A DNA stretch of 64,000 nucleotides, from NCBI GenBank assembly GCA_963729625.1, contig CAVSOU010000011.1, forward strand, positions 800,001 through 864,000, in the 5' to 3' direction. This DNA comes from an uncultured bacterium (GTDB lineage Bacteria; Chloroflexota; UBA5177; JANWHV01). How positions within the stretch are numbered: the first letter of the stretch is position 1; each line of letters begins with the position of its first letter. Shown here piece after piece: positions 9,793 to 20,598 of this stretch. The translations under genes and the position numbers were made by a program. The notes beneath the pieces were generated by a model. The model saw nothing but the letters and a program-made list of their open reading frames with translations, was not told the DNA's origin and did no database searches.

Positions 9793-10536
9793 CTACGGCT
9801 TCGCCGCCTGTATCGGTTGACTCACCGTATACCAGGAGCCAGTTGTAGGGTCGCGAGTCAGGCCGGGCGTTTCGGGGAAGTACGCGCCCTGCAAACTCGA
9901 TCGCGGTATCCACTTATTGCTGATAGTGTCGAACACAACATTGACAGAACCTGGCCCGGTGGCCATTTCATTGCCCGGAGAAGAGCTGTACAGCACCAAT
10001 GACCCGTCATTGTATTGCTGAAATTGAGCTGGCGTCAGCTGCGGTTCCATGGCGCCCAGCGTGCCGGCCGATTGGCTCGCGGTGCTGCTTGTGCCGCTCG
10101 CAACGAGCGGCAGCGACGAGGCAAGCGTCAGCTCGATTCCCTGGCTGGAAGCTGACTGCGTTGCCCCGGTCGTCGAGGGTGTTGTGCTCTGGCCCGTGTC
10201 GCATTCGATCGCCTGGGCAAGCGACTGCACGAGATCCTGGCCGTTGAAATGCTGCGCGGCATTGAAGCCGCTAGGCGGACCGTAGGTGTTGCCGTCAAAG
10301 GGAATGCCGCCTGCTCCGGTGCTGGCCGTGACATCCTGCGCGCTGCCAGAGATTAGCGCCTGCTCAAGGCTCTGCAGCGCGTCGGTAGAGATCTCCGCCG
10401 AATCGGTTGACTGCGAGTTGCCGGATTGACTGGGCCGCGCGCTTCCGGCTACCTGCGTGATTACCTGCTGCTGCAACTGTTGTACACGTGCCGAGACATC
10501 TGGGTAATTCAATCCGCCTATTCCTGAGGTACCCAC
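9793..10536 (-). CDS. Hypothetical Ser/Thr/Gln-rich low-complexity protein
   Basis: 247-aa ORF, GTG start with GAAGGGAG RBS, no signal peptide or TM segment. Confidence 0.65.
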   Translation of the reverse strand: MGTSGIGGLNYPDVSARVQQLQQQVITQVAGSARPSQSGNSQSTDSAEISTDALQSLEQALISGSAQDVTASTGAGGIPFDGNTYGPPSGFNAAQHFNGQDLVQSLAQAIECDTGQSTTPSTTGATQSASSQGIELTLASSLPLVASGTSSTASQSAGTLGAMEPQLTPAQFQQYNDGSLVLYSSSPGNEMATGPGSVNVVFDTISNKWIPRSSLQGAYFPETPGLTRDPTTGSWYTVSQPIQAAKP

Positions 10537-10961
10537 TGGCGCTGACTCCCTTCGCTCGCGGCTACCCGGTTGCGGACACAGGATATGCCATACTGGGGAG
10601 CCACCTAGCTACAGTATCGCCACGTCCTGGCAATTATCGGTAACGACGGTCAGGGTCAATCGCGTCGCAGGGCTCGCCGCGGGCGCAGGGTTGATCGCAG
10701 GCGCGACGACCACGCTACAGGTTGATCCGGGCCAGGACAGCGCCGCGCGGAGTACATTAGGGAAGCAAGGCCGGTTGTGACTCTCATGGCAGGCAGCGTC
10801 GCCGTTTCTCGCCGAACGAAAGGATGATCCGGCGCGCGGCCAGTGCCCGCCGGTGTGGCCCGCAGAATAGCGTCGTGAAGGGCCTTGAGACCGTAGGCTA
10901 GTGAAGAAGCATAGACGGCACGCTCGTAGTGCGAGAGTCCCCTGTCCGAAAGAGAGCATCA

Positions 10962-11729
10962 ATGGCCATTGACCTGATCATCGAAGCCCGCGACCTCAAG
11001 AAGACCTACGTCACTGGCGCACTGAAGGTGCAGGCGTTGCGTGGCATCGATTTCGCCGTCCAGCGTGGCGAAATGGTGGCCATCATGGGGCCGAGCGGCT
11101 GCGGCAAGACAACCCTGCTCAACTGCCTCTCCGGTCTCGACGATTTCGACGAAGGCGAGGTCCGCATAGCAGGCAGTTTACTCAAGGACATGAGCGATAA
11201 CCAGAAGACCGATTATCGTGCCAGGAAGATGGGCTTCGTCTTCCAGGTCTACAACCTGCTCCCTGTCTTGAGCGCGGTGGAAAACGTGGAGCTGCCGCTT
11301 CTTGTGAGCGGCGTCCATCCCAGGGCGGCCCGGCAGCGGGCGCTGGCCGCGCTTGCCACCGTCGACCTGGAGAAGTGGGCCGGTCACCGCCCAGCCGAGC
11401 TCTCCGGCGGGCAACGCCAGCGCGTCACCGTCGCGCGCTCGCTTGTAAACGAGCCGGCAATTGTCTGGGCCGACGAGCCGACCGGCGCGCTCGATTCAGA
11501 GGCCTCCGGTGGCATCATGGACCTGATGTGCCACCTCAATAAAGCGAACGGCCAGACTTTCGTGGTGGTGACACATGCCCTGGAAGTCGGCGAGCGCGCA
11601 GACCGCATCGTCAGAATGCGCGACGGGCACATCGAGGATGCAGGCATGGGCCAGGGTGCGCATGGAATGACAGCCCTGCTGGACGATCATCGCGCTACCA
11701 CGCAGTCGCGAAGGGACGATGAGCGATGA
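10962..11729 (+). CDS. ABC transporter ATP-binding protein (LolD/MacB-type)
   Basis: Walker [37 protein letters not shown]. Confidence 0.97.
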   Translation: MAIDLIIEARDLKKTYVTGALKVQALRGIDFAVQRGEMVAIMGPSGCGKTTLLNCLSGLDDFDEGEVRIAGSLLKDMSDNQKTDYRARKMGFVFQVYNLLPVLSAVENVELPLLVSGVHPRAARQRALAALATVDLEKWAGHRPAELSGGQRQRVTVARSLVNEPAIVWADEPTGALDSEASGGIMDLMCHLNKANGQTFVVVTHALEVGERADRIVRMRDGHIEDAGMGQGAHGMTALLDDHRATTQSRRDDER

Positions 11730-14700
11730 ATTCGCTGTTCGGCCTCTCAATGGACACGATCATGGCCTGGTTGCTGGCCATCTTTCTCCTGATCACGTGC
11801 GTGCTGGTCGCGCTCGCGGTATTCAACCGCTTGTTCTTTACACTGGGGCTGCGGAACATCCCACGGCGGCGCGCGCAGACTGTCCTGATCATCGTCGGCC
11901 TGATGCTCAGCACAGTGATCGTCACCAGCGCGTTCAGCACCGGCGATACGGTCAGCTACACCATTCGGTCGGCGACAATCACGAATCTCGGCAATATCGA
12001 TGAGTCTGTCAGCGCGTCCGGCGCCCAGCTCGGTCGCCTCGGCGCGGGTGGTGGCCTGGTTGCCGCCATCTACCTGCCTGTGTCCGTGCAGCAGCGCATT
12101 CGTGCCGCGCTGGCAGGAAATGCCAGTGTTGATGGCGTCACAGGTGTGGTGGCGCGCAACATCCCGCTCCAGGACCTGACCTCGGGGCAGACCAAGAATC
12201 AGAATGTGCTGGCAGGTATTCCGAGCAACTATCCGGCGGCCTTTGGCCCATTGACCACTGTCGGCGGCACGCCGGTTACGCTGAGCCAGCTCGGCCCCGA
12301 CGAGGTGTACATCAACCAGCAGGCGGCCGATAATCTGAGCGCCCGGCCGGGCGACACGCTGCAGACCTTTGCCGGCAGTGGTGCCGTGCGTGTGACCGTC
12401 CGCTCAATACTCAGGAGCGAATATCTGGCGTCGGGCGGCCTGATGTCGAACGGTGAATCCGCCGACCCCACGGTGATGCTGCCACTGAACCGCCTCCAGT
12501 TGCTGCTCGGCCTGCCCGGGGCCGTGACCATGATGCTGATCTCGAACCGTGGCAACGATACCGGTGGGTATTCGCTCAGCGATGGCGTGACCGATCAGCT
12601 GCGAGCGCTGCTGGCCAACGACAGCGAGGTAGCCAAAGTGAAGTCGCTCCTGGCCGGAGCCGGAGGCAAGGCTGCGCTTGCCGCCTTGATTCACGACCAA
12701 TCCGGCAGTAGCAAGACCAAGCTCGAGCAGCTTCAGGCTCGGGTGGCCGCTCCAGGAATAAGCGACACGCTCCGCAGCCTGTTGAGCGACACGGCGGTCT
12801 CCGAACCCCTGATGTCGATGAAGGCGCCGGCGCGGATCAGCGCGCCGCTCAACGATGCGCTTGCCTCGATCAGCAACTATCACGTCGAGCCGCTCAAGAA
12901 GAATGGCCTTGACGCGGCGGATCTCTTTGGCAGCGTCTTCACCACCTTTTTCGTAGCCTTCAGCCTGTTTTCAATTGCCGCCGGCGTCATGCTGATCTTT
13001 CTCATCTTCACCATGCTCGCGGCGGAGCGTCGTCCGGAAATGGGCATGGCGCGGGCCGTGGGCACCAAGCGCCGGCACCTCATTCAGATGTTCCTTTTTG
13101 AGGGCTACGTCTATGATCTTGGCGCTGCCCTGGTTGGCCTGATCCTTGGCATCGGCGTGGGGCTCGGCATGGTCCGCATCATGGCGGCGTTGCTGGGCAG
13201 CGTTTCGAGCGATTTCACGCTCGTCGGCCACGTTGAGCCGCGCAGCCTGATCGTGTCCTTCTGCTTGGGCGCGCTGGTGACCTTTCTCACCGTGGCGTTT
13301 TCGTCGTACCGGGTCAGCCGTCTCAACGTCGTGGCCGCCATCCGCGACCTACCGGAAAGCTTTGGCGTCAAGACTGACGTCGGCCACGCGTGGCAGCAGA
13401 CAACACGGGAATTCGGCCTGATCTTCGCACGCAAGGAGCGTCTCCGGCTCATCCTGTGGGTGGTGGGCATCGTCGCGCTCGTCCTGCCACATCTGCGTGT
13501 CCTCGGCATCGTGTATCTCGTGCTGCGCCTGGCGTGGTACCTCAGGCACCTGTTCGGGGCATTCGTCAGTCGTGGATGGCTCTTCCTTCTGTTAGGTGTC
13601 CCCCTGGTTCCGGTCGGGATCAAGACCGGCCAGGAGATATTCTTCGGACTCGGCGGATCCTTTGTCGTCATCGGCGTTGCCATGCTGGTTCGCTGGATCT
13701 TGCACTTCCAGCACGTGGACGACGCGGTGCGGAATCGCATCGGCTATTCGCTGGCCGGTATCGGCCTGGTTGTTTACTGGCTGCTGCCGTTTGACTTCTG
13801 GAACCAGTTTGGCGTGCCTTCGCTCAACGCCGGCCCTGAGATGTTCTTTGTCGCCGGCATTCTACTGGTAATCGGCGCTGTGTGGACGGTCATGTACAAC
13901 GTCGACGTGATCCTGGGCGGTCTCCTTGCCGTGTTCGGCCGGTTCGGGCATTTGGCGCCCGTGATCAAGATGGCCGTCAGCTACCCGATGCAACACAAGT
14001 TCCGCACCGGCTTGACACTGGCCATGTTCAGCCTGGTGATCTTCACGCTCATGTTCATGTCGGCAATTGTGGGCAGCACCAGCAGCAGCCTGAGCAGTGA
14101 TCGCGACACCGGGGGCTACCAGATCTTTGGCGCCGCGAATCCGAACAATCCAATTCAGGGCGGCGTGCAGCACGGCATCAGCGCCAATCCTGCTTTGAAG
14201 GACATCACAGCGGCGGGAAGCATCGCCAAGGTCGATGTCGGACTGCGCCAGCCGGGAAAGCAGAACCAGAGCTGGCACCCCTACATTGCGAACATCCTGG
14301 ACGACGCGTACCTGGCGAGCACGAACTTTACCCTGCACTCCCGTGCCGATGGCTACGGCAGCGACGCTCAAGTCTGGCATACGCTGCGCACCAAGCCCGG
14401 GTATGCCGTGGTAGATGGCGGGCTTGTGCTGGACCAGCCAGGTGGCCAGAGTGACGGCTTCGCCATCGATGGCGCCTATTACGAGCACACGTCGTTCTCC
14501 CCGGTGACTATTCAGATGCGAAACACTACGACCGGCGCGATGCTCGCGCTCACGGTCATCGGTGTGCTCGATCAGCGCGCGGGAAACCTGCCCGCGTTGT
14601 CCGCCGGCGTGTACACGGGCGAAAACACCCTGACGGCCGGCGGCCAGCCGGCCGCGGAGCCGAACTTCTTCGTGTTTCGCGTTGGCGCCGGCGGCGATGT

Positions 14701-15202
14701 GCATGCCATCGCGCTGGCGCTGGGCAAAACCTTCTTGCAGAATGGGCTGGACGTCAAAGAATCGCAGAAACAGTTTGACAGTAATCAGGCAGTCTCGATC
14801 GGGCTGTTCGACCTGCTCGAGGGCTTCATGGGGCTGGGCTTGATCGTCGGAATTGCAGCCCTGGGCGTCGTCGCGACCAGGGCCGTGGTCGAGCGCCGCC
14901 AGGAAATCGGCATGATGCGGGCTATCGGGTTCCGGCGCGCAATGATTCGGACCACGTTCCTGCTGGAATCGAGCTTCGTGGCCATTCTTGGCACGCTGCT
15001 CGGCATCGGTTTGGGCCTGCGTGTGGCCCAGAATCTGATCGACGAGATCGCGAAGACCAATAGCAGTATTGCCTTCACGGTCCCCTGGCTGCAGATCGTG
15101 GCGATCGTGGCGATCGCGTATGTCGCCTCGCTCATCACGACCTACCTGCCGGCGTGGCAGGCCTCGCGCGTCTACCCGGCGGAAGCATTGCGCTACGAGT
15201 AA
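11726..15202 (+). CDS. ABC transporter permease with two FtsX/MacB modules
   Basis: ATGA overlap with the ATPase. [12 protein letters not shown] start, two ERR-x-E-x-G-M-x-RA-x-G motifs, C-terminal [17 protein letters not shown]. Confidence 0.95.
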   Translation: MNSLFGLSMDTIMAWLLAIFLLITCVLVALAVFNRLFFTLGLRNIPRRRAQTVLIIVGLMLSTVIVTSAFSTGDTVSYTIRSATITNLGNIDESVSASGAQLGRLGAGGGLVAAIYLPVSVQQRIRAALAGNASVDGVTGVVARNIPLQDLTSGQTKNQNVLAGIPSNYPAAFGPLTTVGGTPVTLSQLGPDEVYINQQAADNLSARPGDTLQTFAGSGAVRVTVRSILRSEYLASGGLMSNGESADPTVMLPLNRLQLLLGLPGAVTMMLISNRGNDTGGYSLSDGVTDQLRALLANDSEVAKVKSLLAGAGGKAALAALIHDQSGSSKTKLEQLQARVAAPGISDTLRSLLSDTAVSEPLMSMKAPARISAPLNDALASISNYHVEPLKKNGLDAADLFGSVFTTFFVAFSLFSIAAGVMLIFLIFTMLAAERRPEMGMARAVGTKRRHLIQMFLFEGYVYDLGAALVGLILGIGVGLGMVRIMAALLGSVSSDFTLVGHVEPRSLIVSFCLGALVTFLTVAFSSYRVSRLNVVAAIRDLPESFGVKTDVGHAWQQTTREFGLIFARKERLRLILWVVGIVALVLPHLRVLGIVYLVLRLAWYLRHLFGAFVSRGWLFLLLGVPLVPVGIKTGQEIFFGLGGSFVVIGVAMLVRWILHFQHVDDAVRNRIGYSLAGIGLVVYWLLPFDFWNQFGVPSLNAGPEMFFVAGILLVIGAVWTVMYNVDVILGGLLAVFGRFGHLAPVIKMAVSYPMQHKFRTGLTLAMFSLVIFTLMFMSAIVGSTSSSLSSDRDTGGYQIFGAANPNNPIQGGVQHGISANPALKDITAAGSIAKVDVGLRQPGKQNQSWHPYIANILDDAYLASTNFTLHSRADGYGSDAQVWHTLRTKPGYAVVDGGLVLDQPGGQSDGFAIDGAYYEHTSFSPVTIQMRNTTTGAMLALTVIGVLDQRAGNLPALSAGVYTGENTLTAGGQPAAEPNFFVFRVGAGGDVHAIALALGKTFLQNGLDVKESQKQFDSNQAVSIGLFDLLEGFMGLGLIVGIAALGVVATRAVVERRQEIGMMRAIGFRRAMIRTTFLLESSFVAILGTLLGIGLGLRVAQNLIDEIAKTNSSIAFTVPWLQIVAIVAIAYVASLITTYLPAWQASRVYPAEALRYE

Positions 15203-15590
15203 GCGGCCCGCAGCGCTTTTCTGAACGTTCCAGCCCGACTGCAAGTGGAACGTGTACAGGTTCGTGCCGGGTGGTCCGCCATTCATGATCGCCAGCGCGA
15301 TAGTGTGGCGGATCTGTGCCATCAGCGTGTCGCTCGTCTTGTACAGGAACTGGCCATTCACGGGAATGCAGCCAGACCACCAGCCAGGCTACTTCGCGGT
15401 AGCAGCCCCACCAGCAGTGGTTGGCCCGATGCTGTCAGACGTGCCCGCCCGAAAATCCGGGTGCGACGGAACCGCTTGTCAAGTGAGGTACGATGATCTC
15501 AGCTGAGTACCGCTGGAACCATGCTCGTGATGCTCAGGCAGACGCTCAGTGAGCAGAACCACTTTGGGGCGCTGGACGAGGCAGCTTGCT

Positions 15591-16637
15591 ATGAGACCGT
15601 TCGCCGTGTTCGCGATTCTCGGCGCGCTGCTACTCAGCGGCTGCGGATCGTCGAATACCTCAAAGCCGGGGGCCGGAAGCGGTACCAACGTGTCGACCCT
15701 GGCAAGCGTGCCGTCCTGGCCCCTGCCTGGACTGTCGCCAAGCGTGACGGTCACGCGGCAGGACTTCGCAGCCGGGTTCGCGGGAGCGCTGCTCACGCAG
15801 ATCGAGCGGCAGGGGCGCTTCACGCGCAGCGCCGACCCAGCCCGGCCTCAAAGACTTGACCGGGGGGCGTTGCTGTCCGTGCAAGGTCTGTCGCCATCGG
15901 CCCACGTTCCCTTTTCCTCCAATGTGTTCCTTGGTCCCCTGGAATATGAGCCATCTGCCGTGTCTGGCTTGTCGCTGTCGTCCAAGCTCAATGCCGAGTT
16001 CGTGAAGCACTATTGCCTGCCCGCCAGGGGATCGGGCCGCTGCGCGAAGGTCGGTCGCGCCACGGGCATCATCGCCCTGCTCACGCCGGAATCGATTCGC
16101 AGCCAGGCACGCGGTTTCACCCGCGCGAGCGACACGGACTACGGTCACGCGTACGGAGGGGCAGTACTCATTCGGCCACCTGGATATCAGACCGGGAAGG
16201 GAACGACGCAAGCGGGGCATCAGCTGGGATACGAGCTTGGCGGTCCCGTGAAGGACGCAAGGAATTTCGTGACCCAGTTCGACCTGGCCAATGCTCCAGC
16301 CCAGAGCAGCCTCGAGAACGCGGTAAAGGATGAGCTGACGCCGTTCAGCACAAGCTCGGGTAAGTCCAGCGGCGTCACCGTGTTCCTTCGCGTGACGCCG
16401 ATGTATCGGGAATCGTGCGTCGTTCCATACGAAGTGCACTACGAAGCCGTTGGCTCCGATGGCTGGCAATTGCCACAAACGGCAGTGGGGTTGGCGGCAA
16501 AATGGCTCAGGTTCGAGCGCACAAATGACGGTATCACCGTCGCGATCATCCGCAACGCAGTACAGTCTGGGCACACATGGCTGGTGCCCGGCCAGGATCC
16601 GAAGGCGACCTGCGTTCCCAGCGGTTACTCGGGGTGA
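15591..16637 (+). CDS. Lipoprotein with C-terminal DNA/RNA non-specific endonuclease domain (Endonuclease_NS_2-like); putative toxin
   Basis: Lipobox LLLSG-C after a hydrophobic signal, then Ser/Gly linker. C-terminal GRATG...AGHQLGYELGG...RNFVTQ...AN...LENAVK...FLRVTPMY...VPYEVHYEAVG pattern. Confidence 0.82.
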   Translation: MRPFAVFAILGALLLSGCGSSNTSKPGAGSGTNVSTLASVPSWPLPGLSPSVTVTRQDFAAGFAGALLTQIERQGRFTRSADPARPQRLDRGALLSVQGLSPSAHVPFSSNVFLGPLEYEPSAVSGLSLSSKLNAEFVKHYCLPARGSGRCAKVGRATGIIALLTPESIRSQARGFTRASDTDYGHAYGGAVLIRPPGYQTGKGTTQAGHQLGYELGGPVKDARNFVTQFDLANAPAQSSLENAVKDELTPFSTSSGKSSGVTVFLRVTPMYRESCVVPYEVHYEAVGSDGWQLPQTAVGLAAKWLRFERTNDGITVAIIRNAVQSGHTWLVPGQDPKATCVPSGYSG

Positions 16638-16639
16638 TC

Positions 16640-17254
16640 ATGGCGCTCATGGATCTGCGGCAACGTCTTCAGCCGCCAGCTCGGCCAATGGACGCGGGTT
16701 CGCCGTCGGACTGGGCCGCCGCCGAGTCTGCGCTTGGAATCAGCTACCCGCGCGATTTTCAGGAGTTCATCGGCACGTACGGGAGCGGCGCCATCGACGG
16801 CATCATCAGCGTGATCAATCCGATGAGCGTCAGCTGGCGTGGTGCACCGGCGTTCGACACCTTGCCTCACGCGTTGGACGCCTTGCTTGCCGCGTTCAGC
16901 CCCTGTGGCAGCGCGCCCGAAGCGTGGCTATACGGGCTCGCGTCCACGCTGGCTGTCTGCAGCGGCTGGGAATCTCTCACGCTCGCCGGACGGAGCACGC
17001 CGATGCCGGTCCGGCTCTGGCCCGAGCTTCCGGGGCTGTACCCGTGGGGCCGTGGCGATGCCGGCCAGGCCCTGCTCTGGTGGACGGAAGGGATGCCTGA
17101 GCAGTGGCCCGTGGTCCTTGCCGATCCGTCGGAAGGGCTGCGCACGTACGGCATGGACATGACGAGCCTGCTGGCGGGGTGGCTTTCCGGATCCGTCGTG
17201 CTGGAGTATCTGCCGCGAGTCCACCGGCCGCGCTTCAGCCAGGAGGAGGCCTGA
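16640..17254 (+). CDS. SMI1/KNR4 (SUKH) family immunity protein
   Basis: Starts 2 bp after the nuclease stop. Motifs DWAAAESALGISYPRDFQEFIGTYGSG and LYPWG...LLWW...PEQWPVV. Confidence 0.9.
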   Translation: MALMDLRQRLQPPARPMDAGSPSDWAAAESALGISYPRDFQEFIGTYGSGAIDGIISVINPMSVSWRGAPAFDTLPHALDALLAAFSPCGSAPEAWLYGLASTLAVCSGWESLTLAGRSTPMPVRLWPELPGLYPWGRGDAGQALLWWTEGMPEQWPVVLADPSEGLRTYGMDMTSLLAGWLSGSVVLEYLPRVHRPRFSQEEA

Positions 17255-17328
17255 CGCCACGTTCCGATGGATACATACGGCACCGCGAAGGCCAGCCAGG
17301 ACGTGAAGCGCAATCTCGCACGGTGCAT

Positions 17329-17910
17329 CTACTTATTCCCCTCACGGACCGGGTTGGTGAGGCCGTGCCGAATGAGGCCGGTCAAACCGAGCTTCACGGA
17401 TTCGACGTCGGCGACTCCCTCGGAAATGGCCCAGTACGCCATGCCGTCGAGCAAAGTCGCCAGCATCGGCACATCGTACGGTCCATGGTCTGGGCGAAGA
17501 TATGGCTCTACAAGGGCCGCGATGCGCTGACTGAGCAGGTGGCGGCGCCGGCGCTGGAATTCCGGCGCCCCGCCGCTGTGCAGCACGGCGAGAAAGCCCG
17601 GCTCGTCGATCAGGATGTCAAACGCGGCGGAGATTACCGAGTGATCCCCTTCCGGAATGGCGACCGTGCGTGCCGCGACAACGACCGGCTCCAGGCGCGC
17701 CCACAACCGCTCCAGACCGTTGTCGAATAGGGCTTCCAGAATCGCCGACGTGGTGGCGAAGTACGTGTAGATCGTCGGCCGAGACGTCCCCAGCCGGGCC
17801 GCGATGTCGCCCATGGTAACCTGCTCGAAGCCTCGCTCGATAAACAACTGCTGCGCTGCCACAAGGATCTGCTGTCGCCTGTCACTCGCGCGCAAAACAC
17901 CGTCCTCCAT
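17329..17910 (-). CDS. TetR/AcrR family transcriptional regulator
   Basis: HTH ILVAAQQLFIERGFEQVTMGDIAARLGTSRPTIYTYF. Divergent from the MMPL gene. Confidence 0.95.
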   Translation of the reverse strand: MEDGVLRASDRRQQILVAAQQLFIERGFEQVTMGDIAARLGTSRPTIYTYFATTSAILEALFDNGLERLWARLEPVVVAARTVAIPEGDHSVISAAFDILIDEPGFLAVLHSGGAPEFQRRRRHLLSQRIAALVEPYLRPDHGPYDVPMLATLLDGMAYWAISEGVADVESVKLGLTGLIRHGLTNPVREGNK

Positions 17911-17996
17911 CGGGCTTCTGGGGCCGTCTGAACACCTTCGGCCACTGCCAAAGCGCATCGGTACGCCACGGCGTCGTGGACAGATCGTAATCTCCT

Positions 17997-18048
17997 CATT
18001 GACAGATTGTCAATGTTTCGTATACTCAATTACTGACACAATGTCAGT
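17997..18048 (+). promoter_or_regulatory. Sigma70-type promoter of the MMPL gene with two TGACA-N3-TGTCA operators
   Basis: TTGACA (17999-18004), 16 nt, TATACT (18021-18026). Perfect inverted repeats CATTGACA-gat-TGTCAATG (17997-18015) and ACTGACA-caa-TGTCAGT (18032-18048). Confidence 0.88.
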
Positions 18049-18075
18049 TCATAACCGCTTCGAAGGAGCGCCACG

Positions 18076-20598
18076 ATGATTCGACTCGTTGGAGGTGCCG
18101 CGTACCGAGCGCGTTGGCTGGTGCTGGTCCTCTGGCTGGCGGCCGTCGCTGCCGTGTCGCTCGTTCTACCCGATCTCGGCTCCGTGGTGACGCACCACGC
18201 GGTGCCAAACCTGCCGAGTTCGTCGACGGTCATCCAGGCGGAAGACCTGCTCGCGCATGTCGATCCTGCCCACCGGGCACGCAGCACGGCAGTGCTCGTG
18301 CTGCAGAGCGAGCACAAGCTGACTCAGCAGCAGCACGCCTACTTCTCGCAGGCAGTGGCGCGCATCGGCACGCATGCGGCGGCGTACAATCTCTCGAGTA
18401 TCGTCGATGCCGGCACAGCCGGTGCGGCGCTCGCATCGCAGTTCGTCAGCAAAGATGGACGCACCGTGTTAGCCATGGCTGGTTTCCCAACCGATGGCAT
18501 GAGTGACGCCACCATGAACGGCGTGGTGGCGCTGCGCGCCGCGCTGGCGAATCCACCGTCCGGCGCCCAGACATACGTCACCGGTGACGCCGCGATCAGG
18601 AGGGACACGGTCACCACGAGCCAGGACGGCGTGCAGAAGACCGCGGGCGTGACGATTGTCCTCGTCCTGGCCATTCTTCTTATCGTCTACCGCGCGCCGC
18701 TCGCCGCGCTCGTGCCACTTGTTGCTATTGGACTGAGCTTTCTAACAGCATCTCGCATCGTTGCCTCGCTTGGCGATCGAGGCCTGCCGGTCTCGTCCTT
18801 CACGCAGACGTTCCTCATCGCCGTCCTGTTCGGTGCGGGCACCGACTACTGCCTGCTCATCCTGTCACGTTTCCGCGAAGAGTTGTACCTGGCGCACGGC
18901 GACCGGCACGCCGCGCTCGATCGCACGCTCGCGGGTGTCGGCAAGACGGTTATCTTCAGCGGGCTTACCGTGCTCATTTCGTTCACAACCCTTTTCTTCG
19001 CGGGTTTCGGCATCTACCGGAGCGCCGCCGGGGTCTCTATCGGACTCGCCGTTACCCTTCTTGCATGCTTCACGTTGGTACCTGCCATGCTCGGCGTGCT
19101 CGGCCCGTACCTGTTCTGGCCGCGGCACCCCAAGCCCGGCGCCGAACACCCCGACTCACGCATCTGGGGCTGGACCGCGCGTGTTGCGATCGCGCGGCCC
19201 TGGATCACCGTGGCGGCCACCGTGGTGATCCTGGCGCCGATCGCGCTGCTGTTCCGAGGCCAACGCACGTTCGACCCGCTCGCGGAGTTCAGCAGCTCGC
19301 TGCCGTCGATCCAGGGTCTTCACGCGGTGTCCTCGGGGTTCGGTACCGGACGCGCACTCCCCATGGCAATCGTCCTGCAGACAGGGTCGAGCATGCGCAC
19401 GCCCGAAGGTCTCACGACGATCGACCGCATATCACAGACATTGGCCGCCCAAACCACGGTGCAGGAGGTGGACAGCGCGACGCAGCCGGCCGGAAGCACC
19501 CTGTCCGCCTTCCAGCTCAGCACGCGCGACGCAGAGGTGGCCCAGGCTCTGAGCACGCTGCATGCCGGCGCGGCGAGCCTCGGTTCAGGCTTGAGCGCGT
19601 CGGCGAGCCGCGTGCAGCAGATTCAGCGGTCAGTTGCCGCTCTCGGCGGCGGCGCGCAAGCAGCGCACGCTCTGGGCGATCTGAACGTCGCGCTCCAGAA
19701 ACAGACACTCGGCGCCACACGCCTGGCGACGGGCACAGTCCAGCTTCAGAGCGTACTCGCGGCGAGCTCGGGCGCGGCGATGCAGGGTGATCCGGGCTTC
19801 TATGTGCCCGAATCCGTCATCGCGCGGAGTGCACCACTGCGCGGTGCGCTCGACGCCTACGTCTCGTCGGACGGGCACATCGCCAAGTTCACGGTGATCC
19901 TCAAGGGAAATCCTTACGCGGAAACCGCGGTTGAGGCCGTGCCGCGGCTCGTCCAGGCCGCGCAGGTGGCGCTCTCCGCCAGTCCGATCAATGCTGGCAC
20001 TGTACGTCCGGCCCAGACGACGCCGGAGCAGTGGGATCTCAACAACGTATCTCAGGATGACTTCCTGCGCACGGCCTTGCTTGTCGTGGCCACCGTGCTT
20101 GTGCTGCTGATCGTGCTGCTCCGCTCGATCGTGGCGCCGCTCTACGTCATCTTCTCGCTGGTAGGAGCCTACTTCGTCACCATGACGTCGGTTGAGTGGA
20201 TCTACGTCGACCTGGCGGGCAAGCCGGGCCTGAGCTGGGCGGTACCCTTCTTCATCTTCTTCCTGCTTATCGCGCTTGGCGTCGACTACAGCATCTTCCT
20301 GATGTCCCGCTTTGACGAGGAGTACGTGCGCCGGCCGTCGGCAGGTGCTGCAATGCAGGCAGCCTTGCGCGCGATGGGCGTCGTGATCTTCTCCGCCGCA
20401 TCGATCATGGCGGGCACGTTTGGCTCGCTCACCGCCTCCGGCATTACCACACTGCTGGAGATCGGCACGGGCATCATCATTGGCCTGCTGCTCTACGCCG
20501 TGGTCATGCTCGGGTTCTTCGTCCCGGCCTGTGCCGCGATCGTCGCGCGCGGCCACCACTGGCCGCTCAAACATGCGGCCGAGGGCGCAGGCGCCTGA
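18076..20598 (+). CDS. MMPL family (RND superfamily) transporter
   Basis: Motifs YVTG, FGAGTDYCLLILSRFREEL and ALGVDYSIFLMSRFDEE. Two TM bundles and a coiled-coil extracytoplasmic insert. Confidence 0.95.
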   Translation: MIRLVGGAAYRARWLVLVLWLAAVAAVSLVLPDLGSVVTHHAVPNLPSSSTVIQAEDLLAHVDPAHRARSTAVLVLQSEHKLTQQQHAYFSQAVARIGTHAAAYNLSSIVDAGTAGAALASQFVSKDGRTVLAMAGFPTDGMSDATMNGVVALRAALANPPSGAQTYVTGDAAIRRDTVTTSQDGVQKTAGVTIVLVLAILLIVYRAPLAALVPLVAIGLSFLTASRIVASLGDRGLPVSSFTQTFLIAVLFGAGTDYCLLILSRFREELYLAHGDRHAALDRTLAGVGKTVIFSGLTVLISFTTLFFAGFGIYRSAAGVSIGLAVTLLACFTLVPAMLGVLGPYLFWPRHPKPGAEHPDSRIWGWTARVAIARPWITVAATVVILAPIALLFRGQRTFDPLAEFSSSLPSIQGLHAVSSGFGTGRALPMAIVLQTGSSMRTPEGLTTIDRISQTLAAQTTVQEVDSATQPAGSTLSAFQLSTRDAEVAQALSTLHAGAASLGSGLSASASRVQQIQRSVAALGGGAQAAHALGDLNVALQKQTLGATRLATGTVQLQSVLAASSGAAMQGDPGFYVPESVIARSAPLRGALDAYVSSDGHIAKFTVILKGNPYAETAVEAVPRLVQAAQVALSASPINAGTVRPAQTTPEQWDLNNVSQDDFLRTALLVVATVLVLLIVLLRSIVAPLYVIFSLVGAYFVTMTSVEWIYVDLAGKPGLSWAVPFFIFFLLIALGVDYSIFLMSRFDEEYVRRPSAGAAMQAALRAMGVVIFSAASIMAGTFGSLTASGITTLLEIGTGIIIGLLLYAVVMLGFFVPACAAIVARGHHWPLKHAAEGAGA

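Noticed and set aside
13862-15200. Long antisense ORFs (13862-15361, 23640-25205, 58591-60138, 6214-7464 and others)
   Set aside because: Shadow frames of high-GC genes with clear motifs on the opposite strand.
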